NCBI RefSeq assembly: GCF_016432865.1
Contig: NC_067398.1
Span: forward strand, 337,094,001 to 337,158,000
Direction of reading: 5' to 3'
Origin: Antechinus flavipes
Lineage: Eukaryota
Length of the DNA stretch: 64,000 bases
Shown here: one piece after another, positions 40,381 to 57,400 of the stretch
Layout: every line of letters starts with the position of its first letter
Numbering within the stretch: position 1 is the first letter of the stretch
Translations under genes and position numbers: made by a program
The notes under the pieces: model-generated
Databases searched by the model: none
Told to the model about the DNA's origin: nothing
What the model saw: the letters and a program-made list of their open reading frames with translations, nothing else

Positions 40381-43300
40381 TCAGTGAATGCTAGCTTTTC
40401 GTTTCTTGGACGGTCTAACATCTTCAGCATCTTCTCTGGCTTTGGGGGCTTCCCACAAAAAAGAGGGCAAGACTGTGGGACACAGTTTCTGAGCCACAGT
40501 CCAAGTCCAGAGGCACATTTCTATTTGATGAGGAGTCCATTCTGAGGAGGCATCAACTATGAGAAAAGCCCAAGGAGGGAAAATGAATCTGCAACTCTGA
40601 CCCTACTCAAACTAAAGCATCTTGCCAGAAGTTTGCTATCCCAGAGGCCTGAAGCTCCCTTACCCACTCTATTTAGGCCTAGTCATTCCCCAAACCCTTC
40701 TGGGAATAGAAGTAGTTAGTCAGATCATCAGAGACCGAGACTACTGTAGTATATGCATCTTTTCAGTTGGTAGCCCTTACCTTGGTTCAGCCTCTGAGCA
40801 CAGGCCCGGATCTTGTCCAAATACAGGACATAGTGTTTGAGAGTATACTGGAGCATAGGTAGGCCAGGGATAGCAGCCACTGCCTCATCTGCCATGAATG
40901 CTGTTGTCTCTGGGGCACCTGCTGTCAGAATTGCTGAGGAAAGCATGACTGGATTACGGGAGGGCAGGGAATCCAGGCCCATCCATACTTTCCACAGACC
41001 ATAGGGCCTTGAATGTTACCTCGTTTTAAGTAAGTTCCTCTAAACTCTTAGGTCACCACATTAGCTGGGGATGATCTGCTGCAGCAGAAGAAATCTCTTA
41101 GTAGTATGAGATCAAGTTGGGCCATTGGTTGGGAAAATGCTGAACTGACCTGATTAAAATGGTCTGGTTCTAGTGTTCTAAGGCAGCAGGTACGGGAGGG
41201 GATGCTCCCAAGTCTCAAGGAGAGCAGAGGAAGGGCTGAATGTTTTGTGCTCTGTCAGTAGTCATCATTTTAGGTCACACATACTTTCCCACCCCCTGAA
41301 CTGAATGAATGAAGCCTTCTCAGTTTGAGACAGATGTTAGAGATGGCATATCCCAGATTTCTCTTCCAGAATCTCCCCAAGAGACCAGGAGATCTGAGGC
41401 TCAGTTCTAGCCCAGAGGTTACAAATGTTCCCCAGCTGCTGGGACCCACCCTCAGCTCATCCCTTCTCTTCTTCCCTCACCAGAGGCAGTAGCTGGTCCC
41501 ACGGCTTTAAGCTGGCTCAGCTCTGTGATGGCAGCTTCCACATTAGGTAGGAGAGAGAAGGCTGCTGCTGTACATTGCTTTACCAACTCCTCTGGGTTAG
41601 TGGCCACCAAATTCTGGAGTCGTGGTCTGAATTTGCCCCTCTAAGTATGTGTAGGGAAGGACAGGAGGAGGAGGATAAGAACATAGAATTGAATTCTTAA
41701 TGATTCTCTCTGTTAGGCCCCTCACAACCTAGTTCAGGTCTCTGGTAACATATAATTACATATATTTTATATATATATAAAATAATTGGTAGAACTGACA
41801 TTCATGACTACAGGTTCTAGACCAATTTACATACTCCAATCTCTTCTCCTTAGAATCCTGAGTCTTCTTTCAAAGGAAACCATTCCTTGTCAGTTTCTAG
41901 GATACAACCCCTAACCTAAATTCAAGAAGAAATCCTGTCTTATAAACATGAAGTCATTGAAGTAAACAGAGCTCTTGGCAGGGAACAAATCTTGGGGTTT
42001 GACTTTACTAGAGTGGAAATTAGAAGACCTGAAACTTAATTGTAAATGTCATTTCCCCTTACTGGGCTTGTTTCTGCCTCTGTGAAATGAAGATTGGACC
42101 TAATTCCTAACACTGGTATTCTATTTCTGACACTGGGGGAGGGAGAGGGAGAAAATGAGACATACTTATGTTTCTAAAAACTAAAAAACAGTTAAGAGAT
42201 AGAGTAACTTACTTATCACTCAGTGGACACCAATCAATAAGCATTAAGTGCCTGCTAAATTTGAGGCACAGTGGGTACAAAGACAATCGAAATAGTTATT
42301 GCTCTTAAGGAACTTCCATTCCATTGAGGGAGACAACATATAAATATGTATGTATATATGTATATATAAAGAGAAGAAGAGAACAAAAGAGAGAGAAGAC
42401 ACAAATAAGATAATTTAATTTGTGGAGAAGGAACTAGCAATTTGGGAGATCAGAAAAGTTACTTGTTTAGTCAGTAGAGAGGCCATGTCAGGTCATCCTT
42501 CTGGATGGACCTAAGTTTCTTTTGTGCCTTCTCTGTTCAGCATGGATTTGTGCCCCTCTCTAAAGATATCACCTTATTCAGATAAAGTAAAAGCTTACCG
42601 TCAGCTTCCATTCCATCAGCTTCACCAATTCATCTCTTGTGAGGTATTTGTCCTTTCTCTCTCTTATAGAAACTGGTAGCTCCTCCTGATACCTGAAACA
42701 GGCATCCACTGACAAATCGAGTGGTATATGTATATGTTGTGGTACCAGGGATGGGTCAGTGAAATTCACTATTTCATTGGGACAACTTTTCCCAAAGTCT
42801 AGCCCTTAGATCTCAGGGTAGAACATTAAGCTGCTTTAGAGCAAGGTTCCAGACAATACTTTACCTGGATAGAGTTCCTGTGACTGAACCTCTTAGGGAC
42901 TAGCATGATGTGTCCTCCCCTTTTTGAACCCTGGAACTAGATTCTCCTAAGGTCTAGGTTGCCAGGGAGAATTGAAGAGATCCATCCAAAAGAAAACCGG
43001 GATAAAGATTGAGAGGGCATCTTGCCACCTGTTCTTATTTCCCATCTTTACCTCCACCCTCCCTCAAGAAATTCATTCAGCTTTGGGACTCTCCTTGGAT
43101 TTGAACCTGGTTGCTCCTGGTTGGTGAGCACAAACAAGCACACCAATGCCCACCCACGTGTCCCTCCACATTTGGCTCGGGCACTGCCCCACGGGTTCCT
43201 GGGACTTCTAGGACCACAACTTCCTTTTCCTATCAATCAATCAAACGATATTTACCAAACGCTGGCTGCGTGCCAGGCACCGCGCTAGGATACAATTGAT

Positions 43301-43578
43301 CGGAGGCAAGAACAGTCTCACTGGTGTTTGCATCTCCAGAGCCCGCCACGGGGCGGTTAAACCAGACGCTCCCGCCTCCTCTTCCCCTCCTCCCCCAGGC
43401 TCCCCAGGAGAATCAGGGACGATCCGGGCTCCGGTGGAAGCTCGGCTCACCATTCATCCAAAGCGACAAGCTTGCGGGTCTTGCCCTCTCTGGCTCTGAC
43501 CACGTCCTTGTAGCAGCCCAGCACGGCCGTCCAGCACTGGGGGTCGTCACAGTCATAAAGACCCCCGCTCAGGCCCAT
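40381..43578 (-). CDS. Unnamed Amun-like protein with a helix-hairpin-helix (HhH-GPD glycosylase-like) fold, 236 aa, intact
   Basis: Exons (minus strand) 43451-43578, 42599-42692, 41481-41640, 40781-40933, 40381-40556. Total 711 nt, all GT-AG and in phase, start context GCTATGG. Protein: MGLSGGLYDCDDPQCWTAVLGCYKDVVRAREGKTRKLVALDEWYQEELPVSIRERKDKYLTRDELVKLMEWKLTRGKFRPRLQNLVATNPEELVKQCTAAAFSLLPNVEAAITELSQLKAVGPATASAILTAGAPETTAFMADEAVAAIPGLPMLQYTLKHYVLYLDKIRACAQRLNQVDASSEWTPHQIEMCLWTWTVAQKLCPTVLPSFLWEAPKAREDAEDVRPSKKRKASIH. Motifs ELVKLMEWKLTRGKFRPRL, VGPATASAIL and FMADEA match my recollection of the Amun / zgc:112496 family. The gene model is more certain than the family name. Confidence 0.88.
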
Positions 43579-43579
43579 A

Positions 43580-44475
43580 GCTCCGGCCCCCAAGATAGGA
43601 ATTTCGGTGCCTCCTGAATATTGGGGGCGTCTTCAAAATGGGCAACGCCTTCCGGGCCCCTGAGGAAGGAAACGCCTAGGGCCGTAACGGGGAAGGGAAT
43701 GGAAAGGTTAGGGGGATAAGGAACGGAGTTGCCGCTTCCTCAGGTAAGGATCGCCGTCTCCGCCCGCGCACGCGCACGCACACGCACAGATATGCTGCGC
43801 ACGCACAGATATGTTCCTCTACAGTGCACCTTTTCTCCGCCCCTCTAATTACTCAGGTCCAATCCCACTCCTCGATTAAACAGACCCGCCCTAGACCCGC
43901 CCCTTCAAGCCGCGCCCTGCCTCGGTCACACCTTCCACACCGCGCACGCGTAAAAACACGCATGTTCCCCTCCTAGGGTCTACTCTTCTCATCCTCCTTT
44001 CTTGGCGGGCTCAATCGAAGTCCTCGGCCCCAGCCCTTCTGTGTCTGTGCCTAGACCACCGATCCTCGTACGCACTGACAAACCCCGTTTACTTAGGGCC
44101 TAACTCGACTAGCCCCGCCCCCTCGTGCTCGTTCGCTGTTACATCTCTGGGCTCGACTTTTGCCCCGCCCCCAAGCTTCTCGATTTTTTGGCGTCCTTCT
44201 TCACGGGCTCATCCCTTCTCTTCCGGCTCCGCCCCCCTCGCTCTACTGGGCCGGGACTTCCGGTTGGGTGACGGCGCTGGGTCTCCGCAGGGAAGAATTC
44301 GGGGCATCTTGGGACTGGAGCTCGGGGGTCCGAGCTGAGTCGCTGGCGCTTTTTGTCGGCAGCGCCCGGGGCGAGGGCGGGCCCAGACCTGAGTTCAGCG
44401 GCTGGGGCCGGGGGCCGTGATCAGATCACGGGGCCGGGCCGGGGTAGGGGCCGAGGCCGGGGCCGGGCCGGAGCC
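43580..44475. promoter_or_regulatory. Bidirectional CpG-island promoter shared by STUB1 and the Amun-like gene
   Basis: The ATGs at 43578 (-) and 44476 (+) are about 0.9 kb apart. Contains NRF1-like GCGCACGCGC (43766-43775), ETS ACTTCCGG (44256-44263) and several CCCCGCCC GC boxes. Confidence 0.75.
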
Positions 44476-49922
<5,447 letters not shown>

Positions 49923-50130
49923 AGTTTCTAGCCTTTTAAGTTGGAGCCCCTCTGTCCCCCAGGGCCAACACATGCCTTACTGTCCGTCTGATCTGTCTCT
50001 TACCCTAACCTGCCTGCTGGGTACTGAGCCAGTCTTCCATCTCTGTACTGCCTATGGATTGGGGACCCTGGGCTTGGCTTTGGGGGCTTTCTGGAGTTAT
50101 AGAGGGTATCTGCCTCCCAAAGGGTAAGAC

Positions 50131-50136
50131 TTTATT
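50131..50136 (-). terminator. Probable JMJD8 poly(A) signal
   Basis: TTTATT on + (AATAAA on -), about 580 nt beyond the JMJD8 stop. Confidence 0.5.
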
Positions 50137-50374
50137 CTGGCACTGGCCAGGTTCCTGTTGTGGAGGTTGGCGTGATTTCTGGCACCTACCCTCCACTTTC
50201 TTTTCCCATGTATATAATTTGTGTTCACTCTCCTTTTTCATTTAACAGCCATTACCTGTTCTGAGCCATGACCCTAGCCCTGGGGGAGGGCTCTCCCTGG
50301 CCCCTTTTACCCTGTTCTGCAATTGTCTGAAGGGGCTGGAGTAGGAATGGACTGAAAGAAGCTCTATGGAGGGT

Positions 50375-50380
50375 AATAAA
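50375..50380 (+). terminator. Probable STUB1 poly(A) signal
   Basis: First AATAAA I found after the STUB1 stop. Confidence 0.55.
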
Positions 50381-50711
50381 AGTTGTGAGCAATATGCCTT
50401 TGAGCTGGTCTAGCCCTGCAGGTGCTGGACTCAGCAAAGAAGAGACACCTCTCCCTCAACACCTGGATGGAGCTCTCTTTGGTTGGAAGCCCCGTGAGAC
50501 ACATGCTTACCTTTCCTCTTCCCTTTTCACTTCATTTGTCTCATTTGTCTTCCAGCCCCAAGCAAGAGGGCAAAAAGTGGCTGGCACAGAGACACAAGGC
50601 AGCAGAGCCAGCACCATTACTTCATTATAGGGAAATTGTGGCAATAAATTAACAGCACTCAGAGTCAGAGGTGGCAACAGATCAGCCTCAACCTGGAGGA
50701 TGCTGTCACTT

Positions 50712-52987
50712 CTAGCCCAGAAACGTAGAGATGAAGACACTCGTGTCCAGATTCAGGGTGGCGTGCCACCAACGGTCAGGGAAATACAGCACCTGGAGAT
50801 GGGATGAAACTTAGCATAGGCCTTTTTTTCTTCCCACTCACCCAATAAAGTGAACCCCTCTGACCTCACCAGCCTGGACAGTACACTGTAGGGGCCGTTC
50901 AGTGATTGGGAGCGCTGGGTATGTGTCCCGTAACCAGCTCAAGGTGGTTTTGTTGGGGTGAAAATCAGGCCTCTTCTCTGGAGGATACAGGAACCAACGC
51001 TGTTGGGGATGGGGAGGAAGGGCCTGGTCAGAACAGGCTTATCCGCTGGCCCCCTTCCAACATCTAGGGAGACTCCTGCCTCACCTTTCTTCCAAAGATC
51101 ACCTCCGAATAACCTGGCCCATGCCAATGGAAAGGTACTCCAGAGCCAACACCTGTGGGGGAGGATTTATCAACAGATCTAGACTCCCAGCAGCTCCCTA
51201 TCCCTGAGAGCCATACTGACCTGCGATTCCAAAGCTGTAAGCCGCCTTAGTGCCCAAAAGACGAAAAGGAGGTGGGGAGTAGTGTTGGAACAATCCACCC
51301 CACTCAGTGAAGTTATTGTCCCCAAAGAAGTAAAGTGTATCTGGTGGGAGGAAATCAGAGAATGTAGCCTTTTACTCCCCAAGTGCTCTCGAAGTGGTTA
51401 AAGGACTTGAGCTTTGTTGGCCCTTGAGGATAGGCACTTAACTCACCATTCCCTAGGGATTTTGGGTCTTGAGGCTCCAGCAATTGTTCCACATATTCTT
51501 GGAAAGAGAGGTCCACTGTAGGGGAAGGAGAAGGCTGAAAGTCAGGACCAAGTGGCAAAAAAAGGTCCTGCTGGAGGTTGCACAAAGATGGTGGTAGGAA
51601 AGTAGGACTTACCTTTCTGATAAGAATATGTGTTAGCTGTACTCAATCGTATCCTGAAGTCCCCAAATTCTGCCAGAAGCTTCTCTTTGGAGCACAAGTC
51701 CTGGAACAGCTAAGGTGAAAGGAAGGGCCCTGAGGCTTAAAATAGATGTGTCATATTGCCCATCATACTGGCCTTTAGTGAGTACCACATATTTATGGGC
51801 AGGACACAGCTTGTGGGACTTACCGAATTGTTAGTGAGTCTTTGTAGAATGACAGGTCTAGAGAAGGCGTATCTATGAAAGAAGGACAAAGGGCATGGGC
51901 AGTTCTCACCCACATTGATTCTCCCTTCTAGCCAGGTGTGACCATGGTGATGGGTACTGACAGCTGAGGTGACGGGGATTCAAGCTTAGGGGTCTGCTAT
52001 ATTTTCACAATGTGCTTCCTGAACTCCCAGGTCACCCCCAGAGACCATGGAGAGGGTTCAAACATTCCTTCTTCCCCCCCCACTTACTGATGGATGAATT
52101 CTGCATAAGTCAGGTTTGCTCTTCGATCCACTGTACACTGCTCCTCCTCTTCTAGGGCCAGGTGCCCACTCAGCTCCCTGAGTGGGGGTGCAGTGGTGGG
52201 TAGAAGAATGAAAATGAGGTAACCCATATTTATCTTTCCCTATGGGCTTGTTTGCCACCCAAACCAAGCATGAGGTGAGGGTTATTGAGCTATTCTCAGC
52301 TAGGTAGTTGATGGACTACTACCACATCTTGGACTTGGTCTGTATCCTTAATTTTTTGCACTAATTTTAACACTCCTATTCCTTACTGCTCTACTTCCAA
52401 GCCTAATCAAGCGACCCAGGTGGAGCCGATGGATGATTCATCAGAGGCAGGTTGGTGGGAATTTTAAACTAAAATTTTCTAAGAATCCGGGTTGAATCTG
52501 GCTCCTCGACCTCAAACTGGTCGCTGTACTCCAGACTCCCCTACTTCCTTTTCTGACAAACGAGGCCAAATCTTCACTGGATTGGCTGACGAATCAAAAA
52601 GCATTCAGGGTCCCCAACCCTAATTTCATCCGTTCCGTCCCTCAGTGAATTCCCTTTTTCACTGTCCCCTCTACGAGTAGGGGCAAAGGGGCTGAGAAAT
52701 CGTGAAGGCGGCGGGAAGGGGCCTGCTTCCTCTTTGGGACGCAGGAAGTTGAGACAAAAGCAGTGGCGAGTGGGATCTGGGCCGACTTTGAGGCCCGGCC
52801 CCCGCCCCCTTTTCATCTTGCCTCCGTGACTCTCCCGAAGGCCGCCCCTCTCCTGGACCATGCTGCCCGCCCCCCCATATGCTCACCAGCCCCCGCTGAC
52901 AGGGGTCCCGCTCTCAAGGCAGGCAAAGGCTATCAGCGTTAGGAACAGGAACCACATCCCGAAACACCGCCACCGTCCTAGCTCCAT
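50712..52987 (-). CDS. JMJD8: JmjC domain-containing protein 8, 269 aa, with N-terminal signal-peptide-like segment
   Basis: Exons (minus) 52887-52987, 52088-52177, 51824-51872, 51613-51709, 51447-51515, 51221-51340, 51085-51152, 50865-50999, 50712-50792. Total 810 nt. Motifs VDLSFQEYVEQLL, GSGVPFHWHGPGYSEVIFGRKRWFLYPP and LYFPDRWWHATLNLDTSVFISTFLG. Confidence 0.95.
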
Positions 52988-53962
52988 GAAGACTGAACCT
53001 TCCGAGGGTTGCGGGAACTGGAATCCCCTAAGAGAGCCGGGCAGTGCACAGCTCCGCCTGACCGAAGGTCCGCCGCATCCACCGCGGAGCATTGTGGCCT
53101 TTGTAACAGGGACTACATCTCCCAAGAGGCTTCACGCGAAGGACAAGGTTGAGATTGGCAGAAAAAAAGGTTGCCCTGGAGACTCCTTTAGCAACCGGAA
53201 AACTCTTTCCTAACGGGAACGTGCTTCCGGTGGCGTTTTTCCCTCCGTTCCCTCCCTACCCCAATTCTTCTCCCCGCCTCGAAAGTGCCCGCCTTACCTT
53301 TGCTAAATAAAGTACAGCCTTACTGCTGCGGAAGGCCTCCTTTGATCGCACCTCAAATTCATTATCCGCGGGGCTCTCCTCCTTTGCTTTAACTGGAGAG
53401 ATGGCTCTCCGGCTTATCCCAACCAACCCCGCGCCCCTGACTAACCCCAGGCTCTTCCAGCACTTTCACCATCGCCTCAAATCCCATCTAGGCAGCCCAG
53501 ACTCCCTTCTTATTTGTCTCCTCTTCTAAGAACTTTCCTGTTGCCCAGCCCAGCCTCCGGGGAGCCGCCAGTTACATTGCTAAAACATAAATTGGCCTGA
53601 GTCGATTCTCCTATTGCTTCCAGGTCTACGTAAGGCTCATTTTGGCTTTTTAAAAGCTCTCCATACGACTCTCGTCTATCCTCCAATCATTTCCTATTAC
53701 TCCAAACTGGGCTGTGAGCTGTTCCCCACTTCTCTGAGAAATCTTCCAGTTAAAGCCCTGAAGTATGTCATGGCCTATTTCCTCAGCACCCTAGATTCAA
53801 GGCAGAGCTTACCAAGGGCCTTTGCGATTCTCCCAAATGTTAGTGCACTCTCCCTCCTGAGGGTATTTTGTATTTCCTTATGTGTATCCCCAGAAAGGCA
53901 TGGCTTAGTGAAATTCTCCACCCCCACTTAGCACACAGCTCAGAACTTAAAAGTATTTAATG

Positions 53963-53968
53963 TTTATT
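53963..53968 (-). terminator. Probable WDR24 poly(A) signal
   Basis: TTTATT on +, about 450 nt beyond the WDR24 stop and before the JMJD8 promoter. Confidence 0.6.
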
Positions 53969-54414
53969 GAAGCAAATTCTGTCCTAGTCTGTCCTGCTCC
54001 AGAATCTCTTCTGGGGAGTGTCAGAGAGAGCGTTCAGCTACTGACAGCCACAGTCTTCTTAAAGGAGACTTTCCTGGAAGGAGGTAAGAGCCTGGATGTT
54101 GGCCAGCCTCTCAGACTCCAATGGAACCAGCTCCTCTACTTATGTAACAATTCATAAAGTGCTTTTCTCCCAATAGCTCTGCAATTTTTACACATGAGGA
54201 AACAGACTGGAGAGAAGCTATGACTTGCTAGCAGAGTTCAATCTTGACCAGACGTCTCCCAACTCTCAATTCAAGGGCAGATGATGTAAATGCATCTTTC
54301 CTTTTCTTCAGAAGACGATCAGGGGCAGGAACATTCCCGACTTGATTTGGCAGTCTCGCGTTGTTTCTGGGGGCCCCAAGGACAGCTGGTGCCGACAGCA
54401 GCCCTTGGGGCAGC

Positions 54415-57400
54415 TCAGGTGTACTCACAGAGATGGCCACAGCCTGCTGGACAGTGTGTGCTACTCTCCAGCCACTTGAGGATATGCTGTAGATGACCGC
54501 CGTGGCTGCAGCCCTGGCACCACACAAATAAGCCCTTCACGACGTGGTGGCACACAGCACAAGTACTGGCACACTGGCGGCACCTGTGATCCGCAGAGAG
54601 AACAAAGGGTCATCGAGGGGCCGGGGGGACGCTGCTCTGAGGCCTGAGGCTCAAGCTCTGCTCCCCCGCCCTCCTCATACCTCAAGGCCCCTGCCCTGCC
54701 CCCTCCCAGAGGGCCTACCCCTGACCTGTCACAGATCCAGCCCTTGTTGCTCATGGGCCTCTTGCAGTTGCTGCAGTTCACGTGCAGGGTGGTGGAGGCC
54801 TGGTTCAGACAGGTGATGGCTCGGCAGGTGCTTAGCTTGATTACTTGGTTAGATATGTTCCAGAGCCTGAATCGCTGTAGCAGATCTATGTAGGAGGTGT
54901 ACCAGTGCTCCTGGGGAAGAGGAGAGAGCAGGCTAAAGCGGAGGAGAGCCCTGGGCCTGTCTGCCTTCCCGCAGCCCTTCATCTCCTGTTCCCTAAAGGA
55001 CAAGAGAGCACAACGAGTGACATAAGGTAGCTGTGTCAAGGACATTGAGACCACCACCTCCCGATAATGAAAAGTGACAAGTGGCAGATTCCTGGAACTC
55101 CATCCCCCTGGCAACTAAGGGGTAAAGCATAAAAAGCCTGGAGTTAGGAGTCAGAAGATCTGATCCTCAGACTCAGTTGTAATTTCATATGAGCAAAACA
55201 TGTCTTTTCTGGGCCTATGTTTTTCCCATCTAGCAAATGGAGATTATAAGCCTGCCAATATCATAGGGATGTTATAGGAATTGAATGGGAAACTGTTTTG
55301 TAAACTGCAAGGTACTAGACATAGGTAGTAATAGGCCCAGAATTATCCCATTTTAGTAATGTCTGAGATTATGACATGTGTAATTACTTCATTACTGAGT
55401 TATTACAGCTAAGTTTGTGTTAAAGAGAAGCTTTGGTAAACTAGTTGGCTGAAGACCATCCTACATCTTAAAGAATAAGGTTTGGATTGACCCAAACCTC
55501 TAATCAACTTCCTCCTCATATTTTCCAACCTCATCTGATGAATGTATAGTCTGGCAATTCCAGTTTAAATCCTACCTAATCTCTTAGGTAATCTCTTATC
55601 TAACCCAATTTTTGATCTATTTGACCTTCTCCTGTCCTGTCAAAGCTTTACATTTATCGATTACACTGGGAAGGGCAGAAAGGCACAAGAGAGTAAGACT
55701 GGAAATGAATTCACTTCTGAGGCAGAAACATTTGTGCCTAGTAACAATTCACATTACACATACAGTGATATGAGGTTTATAAAATACTTTTCCGATGCAA
55801 TCTTAAATAAATGCAAATGCAGTTCACAAAGGAAGAGTGGCCAGCTCACAATCACACAGGGGACCCAAAGCAGCAGCTCTGAACCTGCTCTGCCACATCA
55901 GCCTCCGCTCCGCCCCCTCCTCCCCCACCAGAACACATGGGAAGGTGGGCACCTGAGTTTGCTCGTCAATCTCTTTTCGGATGCGCTCGCCCAGCACGAT
56001 CAGCACAGACACGGCCATCTGTACATCACCCTGCTCAGCATAGAAGCGCAGCATGTCCCGCACCAGTGCACTGAAGAAGTCAGGAGGCAGGCGGCTCTCA
56101 TAGAGTGTGTGGGAGATGGAGATGAGCGAGAAGGACTCCACGGGGGTCAGAGATACTGTCTCAGCCTCGTTGCCACTCACGTGGGGTGAGTCAGCCTTGT
56201 CTTGCAGGTGGTCAGGACCAGAGGGATTGTCCACGATCTCATGGCGGAGAGGGAAAGCTTCCTGGGGCAGGACGTACTCTGGCTCCTCCGCTGGGGTGGA
56301 GGGCAGACACATATCAGTTTGGGGGCAGTGACACTCACCACACCAACAGGAGCTTTCCCAGACCCTGCTGCCACTTACTGTGGGCGTTCTCATGATCCAT
56401 TAGGTACAGCTCATCTTCGTCTCCCTCCACATCGCCCAGGAGGTAGTCAGCAGGGACGTCGCTGCCTTCCGTCTCCTCGTTCTCTGAAGGGAGAAGCCAT
56501 CGGATTTCTACAAGACCTGAGTATGACCCTCCTGCCCATGTACTCAGGTATTTCCAAGCAGTCCTGGAGCCCATCTGGCAAGGGGGAAGCAGGCTCCCTT
56601 CAGTCCTTACCATCATTAGTGATGAGGGTAGTAGAGGAGTCCAGCAGGAGGTTCTCGCTCCGGTTCTCCCCCTTGCTCCAATCCAAGCGGGCCTCACTGC
56701 CCATTCCAGAAGCCATGTCCTTCAGGCTGAAGCTTTTTGGAATGGGGCAAAAGGGGAAGAGGCAAAGTCCAGAGGAAGGAAAAGAGTCAGGCGCTGCCCC
56801 ACCAGATCCCTCTTCAGCGCCCCTTCTTCCCTACCCCTTGATTACCTATTCATGAGCGGAAGGCTGGTGCTGCCCTTCCCGATGCTGTGGTTCAGGTTGG
56901 CAGAGGGCATGGTGCCAGGACTGCAGTAAATAATTCTCAGCATGGTCCATGTTTGAGCAACCTATCCCAAGGAGAGTAAGCACCTGATCATGCCTTGGAG
57001 AAGGGGAGAGTGAGGGAGGCAGAGCACAAGAAGCCCACCTAGGTCTCGCTCTGGCGAAACCTTTAAATCACGAAGTCAATTTCTTGCCTTCCCCAGGCGG
57101 TAAACTCTGAGTTGTTGATTTGGGGAATCACAAAATTACTGATTTATAGGATATTCATCCTAGGGAATCCTAGGGTAAGGGAATGAGGGGTAGGGACGAA
57201 CCTATGTGAACTGGGGCCCATAGCCTAGGGTTATGTGCTAAGCCTATCTGCTTCCATGGGGCCTGAAACTTTCTAAGTATTCTCTCCATAACTTGGTCGG
57301 TATCAAGAGAACTCTGGGGAAAGTCTTTCCCGACTCCTATGTGTCCCAAAGATGAACTGACTTATTTAGGAATTAGAATAACACTGCTGATCCTGTTTTT

